This document shows, one piece after another, positions 10,894 to 21,025 of a stretch of DNA of 64,000 nucleotides. The DNA comes from Oopsacas minuta (taxonomy: Eukaryota > Animalia > Porifera): positions 603,557 to 667,556 of the forward strand of contig JAKMXF010000011.1 in assembly GCA_024704765.1 (NCBI GenBank), read 5' to 3'. How positions within the stretch are numbered: position 1 is the first letter of the stretch; the number at the start of each line of letters is the position of its first letter. The notes under the pieces were generated by a model. The model was not told the DNA's origin. It made no database searches and was given only the letters and a program-made list of their open reading frames with translations. Both the position numbers and the translations under genes were made by a program.

Positions 10894-13068
10894 TTAATAT
10901 AAGAAATAATCATCTAGTAGTTCATCAATCTTCATAGCTACATAATGGTAGCGGTGATCATCTTGTAAACCAGCTTCATATATGTAGGTATTAAACTGGA
11001 TCCAAAAGAAGTAGAAAGATTCTAGATCATGAGGACAATAGTAAGGCTCAAATGTTTGCAGCAAGTCAAGTCTATCAATTTCTATTGGCCTGCAAAATAA
11101 TAAAGTAATTATGGACCTTAGGAAGGATCCGATTATTATCTTATCCGTATGTTTGGCTATCAGCTGTTTAGCTAGTTTAACCATTTTAGCTTTAATGTGT
11201 AACCAAAATTCAGTAGTAAATTCGTCTATGTATATACGACGTACTATACAATATTCAATTCCCGTAGCAAATAGACGATCTTCCAATGCAAAAATATGTA
11301 AAATAATCTTCCTAACATCTGGTCTTCTTTCAAATTCACAAACATTACAACTGCATAAGAAATTAAGGAATGTACAACGATCTTCAACTTTAGTAAATAA
11401 AGATAGAGGAGTATAATTACAAAATAATTCTTGTCCTTCAGGAATATCTGTAATAGCTCGAACAATACAAATGTTACCAACGTACAGCTTAACAATGTTA
11501 GCAATACAAGAGTGATTGATAAAAGAAGGAAGCAGCCAAATTCCAACTAACGTGGAATTGGGTATACCACGTGGGCGTGAGAGATGTGCCATATGTTCGA
11601 AACTCTTATTTAATATTTCAGGTTCAAATTCTCTATATCCTGTACTCATGTTCTTTACTGTTAATAAAAGTAATTTCTCCATTGGGTAGGGAGTTGTATC
11701 AAAGTTCTTAGCAAATTCATAACCACATCCTGAATATAGATCTATATTAACATTTGTAATTGATCTATCACATAATGAGATTATTCTGACTGTAGTTAGT
11801 TTTGATTTTTTTGCTTTTTCTATGAGTTTTGGATATAAAGTTTTATCTTTTGAAAGAGAAATAAATTTGTTTTTTCTACAAGATCGACAAGGACAATTAA
11901 TATGATCAGATATTTTAGTTTCTATGGCTTTTACAACACAGAGCTTTTCACCTTTCTTAACATTACGAGTTGTAAATATTCCTCTTCCTTTATCAGGAGA
12001 ATTCAGTATCTGAATAGGTCCTATGTAATCTGCTATATCAATTGATTCGCCTTTCACAACATCAAAATCAAAAACACCATCAATATTCTGTAAATATGAC
12101 TCTTGTTGAGTTATCAACTTCTTAACAGAAGAATTATACAATTCATCATTGGTATGAATCTTCTTAAGAAGATTTAGACTCAGTTTGTGATTACCAATTC
12201 TTGACCAAATTAATGCAACCCAATATTGATATTTAACAGAGTCAGGCTCCAGCAAATTAGCTTTTTGGAAATCAGAAAGTGCATTCTCGAATTCTTCCAA
12301 TTTATTGTAACACATAGCTCTATTTGAATAAAATTTCGCGGTTTTATCATTAACTTCAATAGCAGAAGTATATTGTATAATTGCTTGTGAATATTGCCCT
12401 TCTTTGTATAAATTATTTCCAATTTCACTCAGGTTAAGACCATTTTCTACTGGTACAATAGGAGGAGGAGGAGGAGGAGGAATGTTAATAGAAGTTTGTT
12501 GTTCTTGTTGTCTTTGAATTACTTGTTCATTATTCTCTTCATTATATTCTCCAGGGGTAGATGCTTTAGATATTTCTGATTCACAATTAACTGATAATTT
12601 CAAATATGATTCAACAGATTGATACATTCCCAATATGAAAACATCAGAAATATTATGAACAATTAGAGAATATTTTCCATCAAAAGTCATTCTATAGACT
12701 GGATTACAAAATGCTAGTTTTACTCCCTTCACCAGATGAGAAGTATCAGTTAAAGCAAACAGAATAACTCTACAAGCATTCTCATACTCATCCTCTACTA
12801 TGAAACAAATAGGTTCAGCTACAGCTATTGGAGATATCTGAGTGGAATAAATCAATTTATTCTGATTGCTACTGTTTGGAGATAAATCACAGATTCTGAT
12901 AGCTTCAAACTTATTCAGTTCAATCAGTAATCCAGATTGTATTTGAATAGCTTCAGGGTTCACCTGATGAGGAGTATTTATTCGAATACTGGAACGTAAA
13001 TTTTCATGTTCTGATAAGAGAGCTTCCTTATCATAATAGTGAGATACTTCTTTGTTTCGTGTTGCCAT
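10894..13068 (-). CDS. TPR + SET-domain protein (putative lysine methyltransferase), paralogue 1, intronless
   Basis: TPRs (GNNLYKEGQYSQAIIQYTSAI..FYSNRAMCY), N-SET KGRGIFTTRNVKKGE, C-SET PSFINHSC..GQELFCNY, post-SET CSCNVC. Confidence 0.9.
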   Translation of the reverse strand: MATRNKEVSHYYDKEALLSEHENLRSSIRINTPHQVNPEAIQIQSGLLIELNKFEAIRICDLSPNSSNQNKLIYSTQISPIAVAEPICFIVEDEYENACRVILFALTDTSHLVKGVKLAFCNPVYRMTFDGKYSLIVHNISDVFILGMYQSVESYLKLSVNCESEISKASTPGEYNEENNEQVIQRQQEQQTSINIPPPPPPPIVPVENGLNLSEIGNNLYKEGQYSQAIIQYTSAIEVNDKTAKFYSNRAMCYNKLEEFENALSDFQKANLLEPDSVKYQYWVALIWSRIGNHKLSLNLLKKIHTNDELYNSSVKKLITQQESYLQNIDGVFDFDVVKGESIDIADYIGPIQILNSPDKGRGIFTTRNVKKGEKLCVVKAIETKISDHINCPCRSCRKNKFISLSKDKTLYPKLIEKAKKSKLTTVRIISLCDRSITNVNIDLYSGCGYEFAKNFDTTPYPMEKLLLLTVKNMSTGYREFEPEILNKSFEHMAHLSRPRGIPNSTLVGIWLLPSFINHSCIANIVKLYVGNICIVRAITDIPEGQELFCNYTPLSLFTKVEDRCTFLNFLCSCNVCEFERRPDVRKIILHIFALEDRLFATGIEYCIVRRIYIDEFTTEFWLHIKAKMVKLAKQLIAKHTDKIIIGSFLRSIITLLFCRPIEIDRLDLLQTFEPYYCPHDLESFYFFWIQFNTYIYEAGLQDDHRYHYVAMKIDELLDDYFLY

Positions 13069-13203
13069 ACAGTTATACTATCTTAAATATCTAAGACGAT
13101 TACAGTGGAACCTCGTTAATACGAACACAATTATTATGAATTTCCACATAATCAGGTCCCTACAGTGTATATACAATTATTTTTATGCTAATAGTAGCAG
13201 TAT

Positions 13204-13243
13204 CTTTGGTAGTGTTTACCGTACTCGGTAAACACTACCAAAG
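13204..13243. other. Perfect 18-bp inverted repeat with a 4-nt loop, followed by a 14-bp direct repeat
   Basis: CTTTGGTAGTGTTTACCG-tact-CGGTAAACACTACCAAAG, then AGCTCAACCGATAG twice (about 13242-13271). Confidence 0.95.
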
Positions 13244-14279
13244 CTCAACCGATAGCTAGCTCAACCGATAGGTATGCGATCATGTGAAATAAGATAAGTA
13301 CTGTTGATATGTGTGTGTATGTTTGTCAAGACAGTAATATAAATGCATGTGGATTATTATTCAACAGGTAACATCTTCTGTCTGTAAGTACAATATTATA
13401 CTAGTGGATGTAAGTCCTTTCATTGAGTTCATTGCTTTGAAATTGCATAGTATTCTTTGTGCTTAGTTATTTGTTGTTTTGCAAGTTAAGAGTTGGTGTC
13501 AATAGATTACTGTTTAATAGATCAATACCAGTAGGACCATACTCATAACATTTTAATTGAGGAATGGGGGCTTATCTGCCTTATCAGGAGATACTCCGTC
13601 CTCCCCCACTTATAGAGATTCTTGGTTTCCAATGTGTATATTTCATAGTCTAGTTATACAATATTTGTATTCTAATACTTTATTTACTAACAAATATTAA
13701 GGTTTGTTAGACTAAGCCTCCAGAATTGCGAACATTTCATTAATTCATATTTATCACATGTAATGCTATACTGTGCCTTGCTCGCTACGTGTAATTGGAA
13801 TCTCTTAATATAGAATGTAATGAAGCAGTCTTAACACCTGATGCATCTCCAATATGTATATCAGAAATGACTGAAGTAATAGAATGCTATGGTAAGATAT
13901 ATTCATACGATATAATTTTTGGGAGGAAGGATTTTATTTTCCCATTTGATTGATTTGAAATGCACACAAGACTATTCTAGTAACTTGAATCATATCAAGT
14001 ACGTAACCTATTTGTAGCCATGTTATAAGCAGCGATTTGTTTTTTCTCAAAGTATTGTTAATAGTCTTAAGCGCGCATGTATGCACTACTCGATCCTATT
14101 TTCTTATAAGTACGTATCGGGACGTATTACTATCCAATTAATACAATAAATGCCTAAACTATCATCCTGAATGCTTTCACCTGTTTCCATATTTCTAAAA
14201 TCCTAGCCTAATATTGTTTGGTAATAGTAAAATATAGTATTTTTGCAACATTTTCTATATTTAGTGACATCTAACATTC

Positions 14280-15222
14280 ATGGCAAGTGAATCTTCGGCA
14301 GGTCTTCCACTAATAGCAGTTTGTGGTACCACGGATGCTCAAGGGGGTAGTGTTGTTAGAGCAATTTTAGCAAGTAAGAAATTCCAGGTGAGAGCTCCAC
14401 ACGAAAAGTAGATGGAGATAAATCTAAATCTCTCCGTGAGATTAGCTGCGAAGTTATGAAGATATATTTTGATCAAAGTATTGAAGAAATTAAACCATCC
14501 TTTGATGGTTGTCATGGAGCATTCCTTGTGACAAACTTTGGGAAGATATGAACCCTGAGAAAGAGTACGCACAAGGAGAGGCTCTTGCAAAGGTAATGAA
14601 AGAAGCTATTGGCATGAAACACGTAAGATGGAGTACCCTCGAAGATACCAAACATTATAAGGATGATATACCATTATTGGGTAAATACAAGGTCCCACAT
14701 ATGGATGAGAAAGCAAGAGTCAATGAATTCATGAAAAAGATAAATCTTCCAGTAACATTTTTGTTCCCTTTCATTCTATTGGGAAAATATAACCACTGTA
14801 GTGAAACCCATGAAGCAGGAAGACGGAAACTACTCTATGGTGTATCCCATGGGTAACCTACCATTACCTGGTGTAGCTACAGTGGATATTGGTACTGCAG
14901 TAGCTGCTCTATTTGAAAAGGGACTAGGAGAGCCGGGAGAGATATTCGGGGTAGCTAGCGAGCATCTGTTCTATCAGAAATGGCGAATATTCTAAGTGAA
15001 GTGAGTGGAAAGCAGGTGAAATATGTATGTGTGGAACCTGAAGCATATAGGAAAATGAGTTTTCCTGGTGCTGATAAATCAGGATATATGTTCCAATTCA
15101 TACGTGATCATAATGAAGAATTTAGTGGAGCACGGAATATGGACAAAGTACGAGCTCTCATAAAACCTACTTCCTTCAAAGACTGGTGTAAAGATAATAT
15201 CGGACTGATATTCAAAGACTGA
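14280..15222 (+). pseudogene. NMRAL1: NmrA-like (NMRAL1) pseudogene, intronless, four frameshifts
   Basis: ATG 14280 gives IAVCGTTDAQGGSVVRA (degenerate GATGAQGG). Then GAFLVTNF/WED, VPHMDEK, FYWEN and FPGADK..MFQF are in successive frames, with shifts near 14397, 14540, 14770 and 14970. Confidence 0.88.
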
Positions 15223-15751
15223 TAGAGTTTGTCTGTCATATTTTAGAGATTGTTGAGTTTTGTGCTCAATATTAGAGATTTCCTTGTATACTATGTATTA
15301 CTTACATACACGAATTTTATCTATATTATTAGATCTCAAGAAACATGCTTTCAATAATTATACTGAGGTAATCGAGGATGCTGAGTCCAAATATGGTATT
15401 GTAAACAACATTTCATAAATCTTTGTTCACTTTTGAGGACATAAGGTAAGCAGATTTAAAGATTATGGCAGTATCATGTGTGCTATGGTTAAGTTTATGA
15501 GTTGGAAACTTATCTTAGCATGCTTTTTGCATTCGAAACTATGATTAATCACAAGAATGTATGAAGATTTTATTTATAAAAATAACAGCTGAAATCTGGC
15601 CTATTTATAGCAGAGCGCGTTTCCTGAATTATGTTTTTGAACAAAGCATTACACACAAAAGTTATTACAAATATTTAAATAATTAACATCAATATTCTAC
15701 AGGGTTGCAAATATACAAAAATCACTCATATAATCGAATTCAGTCTTAATT

Positions 15752-16058
15752 AATATACATAATATACCATAATATACCATAATATACCATAATATACATA
15801 ATACACCATAATATATATAATATACCATAATATACATAATATACCATAATATACATAATATACCATAATATACATAATACACCATAATATATATAATATA
15901 CCATAATATACATAATATACCATCTGTCTCTAATATACATAATACACCATAATATATATAATATACCATAATATACATAATACACCATAATATATATAAT
16001 ATACCATAATATACATAATATACCATAATATACCATAATATACCATAATATACATAAT
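15752..16058. repeat. AT-rich minisatellite of 9-10-bp units (AATATACCAT / AATATACAT / AATACACCAT / AATATATAT)
   Basis: Direct reading, with one CTGTCTCT interruption near 15923. Confidence 0.95.
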
Positions 16059-16137
16059 TTTGGCTTGATATTACTATAATTTTTAAATAATTTGGTAAAA
16101 TAAACAATTGTCCATCTGGCGTTAATTAAATAATTTT

Positions 16138-18441
16138 TTAAGTAAATAGTTTGATAAGATCATTGTATTTCTTTTCAACATGCTGGAAGCGATGATCTCT
16201 CAGTTTCTCATTTCCACGTAAACGCGAATCAAATAATGCCCAAAATATCAAATAGTGTTCTGGGTTAAAGTGAGAGAAGTAGGGCTCAGCTTCCAAAAGT
16301 AGTTCGAGTGCATCAGAATCTTTTAAAGAAATTTGTACCAAAGTAATTATTGCTTCCTGAAAATATATAGAAAATACTTCATAAGTTTGAAGTGATTTGA
16401 GTTTTTTAACTAATTTGAAGAGATTACTTCTTATCTTAAACCACATTTCTACTGTAATTTTCTCAAATTCCTCTCTTGGTTTCAATACGCAACGAGACGA
16501 TAGAGGATACTGAAATGCACTGAGAGCATTCAATTGAGAAGCTATCTGTGAGTTAATTGCTTCTACAGCTGGAATTCTTTCAAAATGACATAACTTACAA
16601 TCGCATTGACGGAGGTCAACATGGCTACACAAAGAAAGTGGATATAAAGATGCCAATACTTCATCGCCTTCAGGAATATCTGTGATAGTTCGAACAATAC
16701 AAATATCACGAATATGTATCTTAACGGCATTCGGTATGCAAGAATGATTAATAAAGGAAGGAAGGAACCAGAATCCAACATCGGTATAGCCAAATGGGTT
16801 TTGAGCGAAAGTATCAGGTGTGACTAACTGATTACGAAGAATAGTTGGATCCATTTGAGGACGAATATTTACAGCTAATGATGGTAATTTCTCCATTGGG
16901 TAGGGAGTTGTATCAAAGTTCTTAGCAAATTCATAACCACATCCTGAATATAGATCTATATTAACATTTGTAATTGATCTATCACATAATGAGATTATTC
17001 TGACTGTAGTTAGTTTTGATTTTCTTGCTTTTTCCATGAGTTTGTCACGTAAAGATGTATTTTGTATGATACTATTAAATTTAGAAAATCTACACTTCGA
17101 ACATGTACAATTAAGAATAGTATAAGTCATTATTTCATTTGCTTTCACTACACAGAGATTTTCACCTTTCTTAACATTACGAGTTGTAAATATTCCTCTT
17201 CCTTTATTTGGCGAATTCAGTATCTGAATAGGACCTATGTAATCTGCTATATCAATTGAATTAGTAAGCACGGACAAGTTCTGCATGATTTTAACGAAAT
17301 CAAAATCCCCACTAATATGTTTCATATATACCTCTTCTTTTTCTATTAGATTGAATATTGAGTGAAAATCTATAGTATCAATTGGTTTGATCATTCTCAG
17401 AAGATTTAAACTCAGTTTATGATTACCAATTCTTGACCAAGTCAACGCGATCAAATATTGATATTTAACACAGTCAGGCTCCAGCAAATTTGCTTTTTGG
17501 AAATCAGATAGTGCATTTTCGAATTCTTCAAATTTGTTAAAACACATAGCTCTATTTGAATAAAATTTCGCGTTTCTATCATTCACTTGAATAGCACAAG
17601 TATATTGTATAATTGCTTGTAAGTAACGACCTTCTTTGAAGAACTTATTTCCAATTTCACTCAGGTTAAGACCATCACCACTTGGTGCAAGTACAACCTC
17701 GGGAACTTGTGGAATGTCTACACAAGACTGGAAGGGATTCTCATGTTTGGATTGCTTGTTTGCTGTTTCCGATTGTTTGGGAACAAGTTCCGAATCAATA
17801 ATTTCTAAAGTAGAATCTTCACTAGTTTGTTCTTGAGTTAATGAAGGATCAATTCCATCTGAATTATCTACAAGAGATGTCGGTTGACTTGTAAGAAGCT
17901 TGATTGTTGATTCGCTTTCGTCACAAAAATCAATTTCATTGCAGTTAGGTAAATACGCCAAACAGGTATGGTCAATTCTCAAATGTTCACTGCTGCTTTT
18001 TGGAGGAATTCTGAAAAGATTTATATCAGAAATATCAGAAATAATAAGAGAATATTTTTCATCAAAAGCCAATTCATAGATTGGATTATGAAATGCTAGT
18101 TTCCCTCCCTCCACGAGATGAGTAGTGTCTGTATTACCGGGTATACTAACTCTACAAACATTATCAAACTCATCTTCCACAATGAAACGTATTGTTTCAC
18201 CTTTTACTAGTGTAGATATCTGAGTTGCATAAATGAAAGAATTCTGATTTTCATCATTGGGCAATAAATCACATATTTTGATGCAATTCTTATTTAAATT
18301 GTTAAGTTCTAATATCTTGACAAATGTTAATTCACTTGTTTTTCTAGCCGTATTTCTAATTTTAATAGGGAACAAGCAATGTTCTGACAATAGAGTCTGT
18401 TTATCATAATGATAGGGTTCTTCATTTTTCAGTGAAGCCAT
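16138..18441 (-). CDS. TPR + SET-domain protein, paralogue 2, intronless
   Basis: Same architecture as 10894-13068: TPRs, KGRGIFTTRNVKKGE, PSFINHSC, post-SET CDCKLC. Confidence 0.9.
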   Translation of the reverse strand: MASLKNEEPYHYDKQTLLSEHCLFPIKIRNTARKTSELTFVKILELNNLNKNCIKICDLLPNDENQNSFIYATQISTLVKGETIRFIVEDEFDNVCRVSIPGNTDTTHLVEGGKLAFHNPIYELAFDEKYSLIISDISDINLFRIPPKSSSEHLRIDHTCLAYLPNCNEIDFCDESESTIKLLTSQPTSLVDNSDGIDPSLTQEQTSEDSTLEIIDSELVPKQSETANKQSKHENPFQSCVDIPQVPEVVLAPSGDGLNLSEIGNKFFKEGRYLQAIIQYTCAIQVNDRNAKFYSNRAMCFNKFEEFENALSDFQKANLLEPDCVKYQYLIALTWSRIGNHKLSLNLLRMIKPIDTIDFHSIFNLIEKEEVYMKHISGDFDFVKIMQNLSVLTNSIDIADYIGPIQILNSPNKGRGIFTTRNVKKGENLCVVKANEIMTYTILNCTCSKCRFSKFNSIIQNTSLRDKLMEKARKSKLTTVRIISLCDRSITNVNIDLYSGCGYEFAKNFDTTPYPMEKLPSLAVNIRPQMDPTILRNQLVTPDTFAQNPFGYTDVGFWFLPSFINHSCIPNAVKIHIRDICIVRTITDIPEGDEVLASLYPLSLCSHVDLRQCDCKLCHFERIPAVEAINSQIASQLNALSAFQYPLSSRCVLKPREEFEKITVEMWFKIRSNLFKLVKKLKSLQTYEVFSIYFQEAIITLVQISLKDSDALELLLEAEPYFSHFNPEHYLIFWALFDSRLRGNEKLRDHRFQHVEKKYNDLIKLFT

Positions 18442-18529
18442 ATCAAATTCTAATACTATTATAGTCTATGAATAATCTAACTAACACCTCATTTATAGAA
18501 GATTATTGGGACAGAGAAATATTATTGTA

Positions 18530-18695
18530 CGGTATAACTCGGGGAAGACGTATCACTTCGGGAAATACAAATTTGACGAACTACCTAGTATACGACTTAT
18601 CCGAATAGAGATTATATATTGTTGAATGGGAACTGATTTGGTTTGAAAGAATTAGTACATATTAACCGAATGTAGGTTTTATCCGAGTTCTACAG
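18530..18695. mobile_element. Tc1/mariner (pogo/Tigger)-like MITE; second copy inside duplication unit 2
   Basis: TA-flanked imperfect TIRs: TA|CGGTATAACTCGG ... CCGAGTTCTACAG|TA (13/15 matches including TA). Confidence 0.55.
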
Positions 18696-19048
18696 TACTA
18701 GGGTAGAAATTACAAAAAAGATTCCAACCTTACCATCACATAAATTGTAATCTCTGTAAACAAGCTTAGATCACTGACTTGGAATGGAAAAGTAAAATGC
18801 TACATTTCGCGAGATCAAAATTTGAGTTGAACGCAACGTGTAAAATCCGAACATCTAAACCAGTTATAACGTCTGAGTATTCCTACACCTAGAATTAAAT
18901 ATAAGTATCTAGGAAGAATCTACGAAGAATCTACAAATAGGACATGGGAAATACTAAATGCCTGTTCAGGAGGCTAAAGTTTGGTTAGAACTATGAATAG
19001 GGGTTAGATCCATAACCTGGGGTTAGAATAGGATAATCTTTGGTATAT

Positions 19049-20539
19049 TCAAATTTGTATGGGCTTAGCAATCAAGCTCAGACCTCCTTTCTGAGTCAAA
19101 ACAGTTTTAGTTTCTCTAATCATTTCATAACCAGGCTCTAGGCTAAATTCATAACTTCTCAACAACTTGATAGATAATACTTTCATCTCAGCTAAGGCAA
19201 AATGTTGTCCAATACAGTTTCGAGCTCCGGCAGAAAATGGAATAAATGAGTATGGATGTTTACCTTCCATATTCTCTTTCGAAAATCTATTTGGGTCGAA
19301 TTTAGAAGGCTCTTGCCATACTGTTGGGTTCATATGGACACTCTGTATTCCAATGTCAATGGGAGTTCCCTTTTTCAGAGTGTATCCATCCATTTGCACA
19401 GGTTTATTAACAATTCGTTGGACCAACGTAGCAGGACTATACAGTCTAAGAGATTCCTTTAAGCACATATTAAGATATTCAAATTTGTTTATATCTTCAA
19501 ATGCGATGGTTTCACTGTCTCCTAACACTTCCATGATCTCTTCTCTACATTTTTCTTGCCATTCGGGATGACGACATAGACAATACATTAGAAAGGAAAT
19601 ACCACAAGTTGTTGTTTCAAAACCTGCAGCAAAAAAATTACTCAATTCATCTATCATTTCTTCATCACTTAAACCGCTCCCATCTTCATCACGAGACTTC
19701 ATGATTAAATCCAGGAGATCATTGTACTCGCGAGGTTCTTCAGTTGTTAACGCTCTTCGTTCATGAATAAATTTTGCCATTAAATTCCGCATATCTTTAC
19801 AATTCTTCAAAAAATCTTTACCAGCTTTTGACATGTAATAAATTGTGTCACTCATAATATATAAAAAATTATTGAAGCGAATTAACGATTGGGCTGTGAG
19901 TAAATCCAACATTTCTAAGTAGCTTCTCTGATCTGGGTTGTTCTCTAAGTTATTCTGTAAATCGCAATCTTTGGAACAAATTGAATTCATCGTAGCTTCG
20001 AAAGTAGCCAAGCGTGCGAGCTTACTAAAATCAAACGAATTACCATTAATCTTGGTAGAAATTACTTCTACGAAATGATCACCTGTTTTGTTGAAAACTT
20101 CACAAAAACTCTCTAAACATTTGAAGTGGAAGAGAGGTGTCAGTAGTCGCCTGTTACGTTTCCAAATTGCACCAGAGCTCATTAGTAATCCGTTACCAAA
20201 AGCTGGAGTGAACATGTCCGAGAAAATTCTGTCTTTATCAGGAATCTCAGCGTACGCCAGAGCGATTAGTTCAGGACATGCGACAACAATTCTAACCATA
20301 TGCCCGTATACAATTCTATGCATTCTGGGATATTGTTTCACGTATGATTCCAATTTCTTCAAATCTTCCTCTCCAAAATCCGTCAGCCCATGACCGAAAA
20401 TAGACACTGGTTTTGGACCTGGGAAAAAATATCTAAGCTTGATGGAACTGTACAAAAATGCCACAAACTTGGATAAATAGAATATTCCAAATAAAGCGAG
20501 AGCAGTATATATCAAAACTGATATGCTAACACTAATCAT
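19049..20539 (-). CDS. Cytochrome P450, CYP4-clan-like, copy 1, intronless
   Basis: N-terminal TM and PGP hinge, WKRNRR, I-helix AAGFETT, ExxR (ESLR), PERF-like FDPNRF, heme motif FSAGARNCIG. Confidence 0.95.
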   Translation of the reverse strand: MISVSISVLIYTALALFGIFYLSKFVAFLYSSIKLRYFFPGPKPVSIFGHGLTDFGEEDLKKLESYVKQYPRMHRIVYGHMVRIVVACPELIALAYAEIPDKDRIFSDMFTPAFGNGLLMSSGAIWKRNRRLLTPLFHFKCLESFCEVFNKTGDHFVEVISTKINGNSFDFSKLARLATFEATMNSICSKDCDLQNNLENNPDQRSYLEMLDLLTAQSLIRFNNFLYIMSDTIYYMSKAGKDFLKNCKDMRNLMAKFIHERRALTTEEPREYNDLLDLIMKSRDEDGSGLSDEEMIDELSNFFAAGFETTTCGISFLMYCLCRHPEWQEKCREEIMEVLGDSETIAFEDINKFEYLNMCLKESLRLYSPATLVQRIVNKPVQMDGYTLKKGTPIDIGIQSVHMNPTVWQEPSKFDPNRFSKENMEGKHPYSFIPFSAGARNCIGQHFALAEMKVLSIKLLRSYEFSLEPGYEMIRETKTVLTQKGGLSLIAKPIQI

Positions 20540-21025
20540 GTCTAATTAAAAATTAGAAAAACTTGATAATAACTACGTTATCTGAGCGTATGAGTCCAGA
20601 TATCACAAAATGCTATTTCAGAGCCCCAACTGAGAATAGTAAAAGCCCTCCTCTCTATATTGCGTAGAGTGTGCGATATAGCTATAGACTAGCTTGTTAA
20701 TGAATATTACCAATATTCATAACTTCAAAATCGCATTCACTAAGTAGATATCGATTCCAAAGACACAATCAAACAACCAGGAAGTAGACATCTGGACATG
20801 AATATGAAATTGTGCAAACAGTCGCGAGTCATGGATATAATATCAATAATATAATACACTTATTTATCTCTTTCATATAATACAGCATATATTAAAATTT
20901 GTGACCGTATTATTATTTATTAACCGGAATATACTTATCGATTAATATCCCGACTAAATGTCCGGCGACAAAGTGTCCGCCATTCCAAAATTATATATAT
21001 TATGGTATATTATGTATATTATAAA

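Larger units (their letters stand above)
18517..20851. repeat. Tandem duplication unit 1 (~2.33 kb), containing a P450 gene and its flanks
   Basis: Near-identical to 21026-23361 at an offset of about 2510 bp. The spacer 20852-21025 is unique. Confidence 0.95.

Noticed and set aside
13500-13900. Protein-like fragments on the minus strand
   Set aside because: Short and interrupted, with no family motif I could name.
15752-16058. Regular short repeats as a CRISPR array
   Set aside because: No unique spacers, no cas genes, and a eukaryotic intron-containing context.
15697-16107. Two ORFs rich in Y/I/M/W (136 and 96 aa)
   Set aside because: They are translations of the AT-rich minisatellite; no coding evidence.
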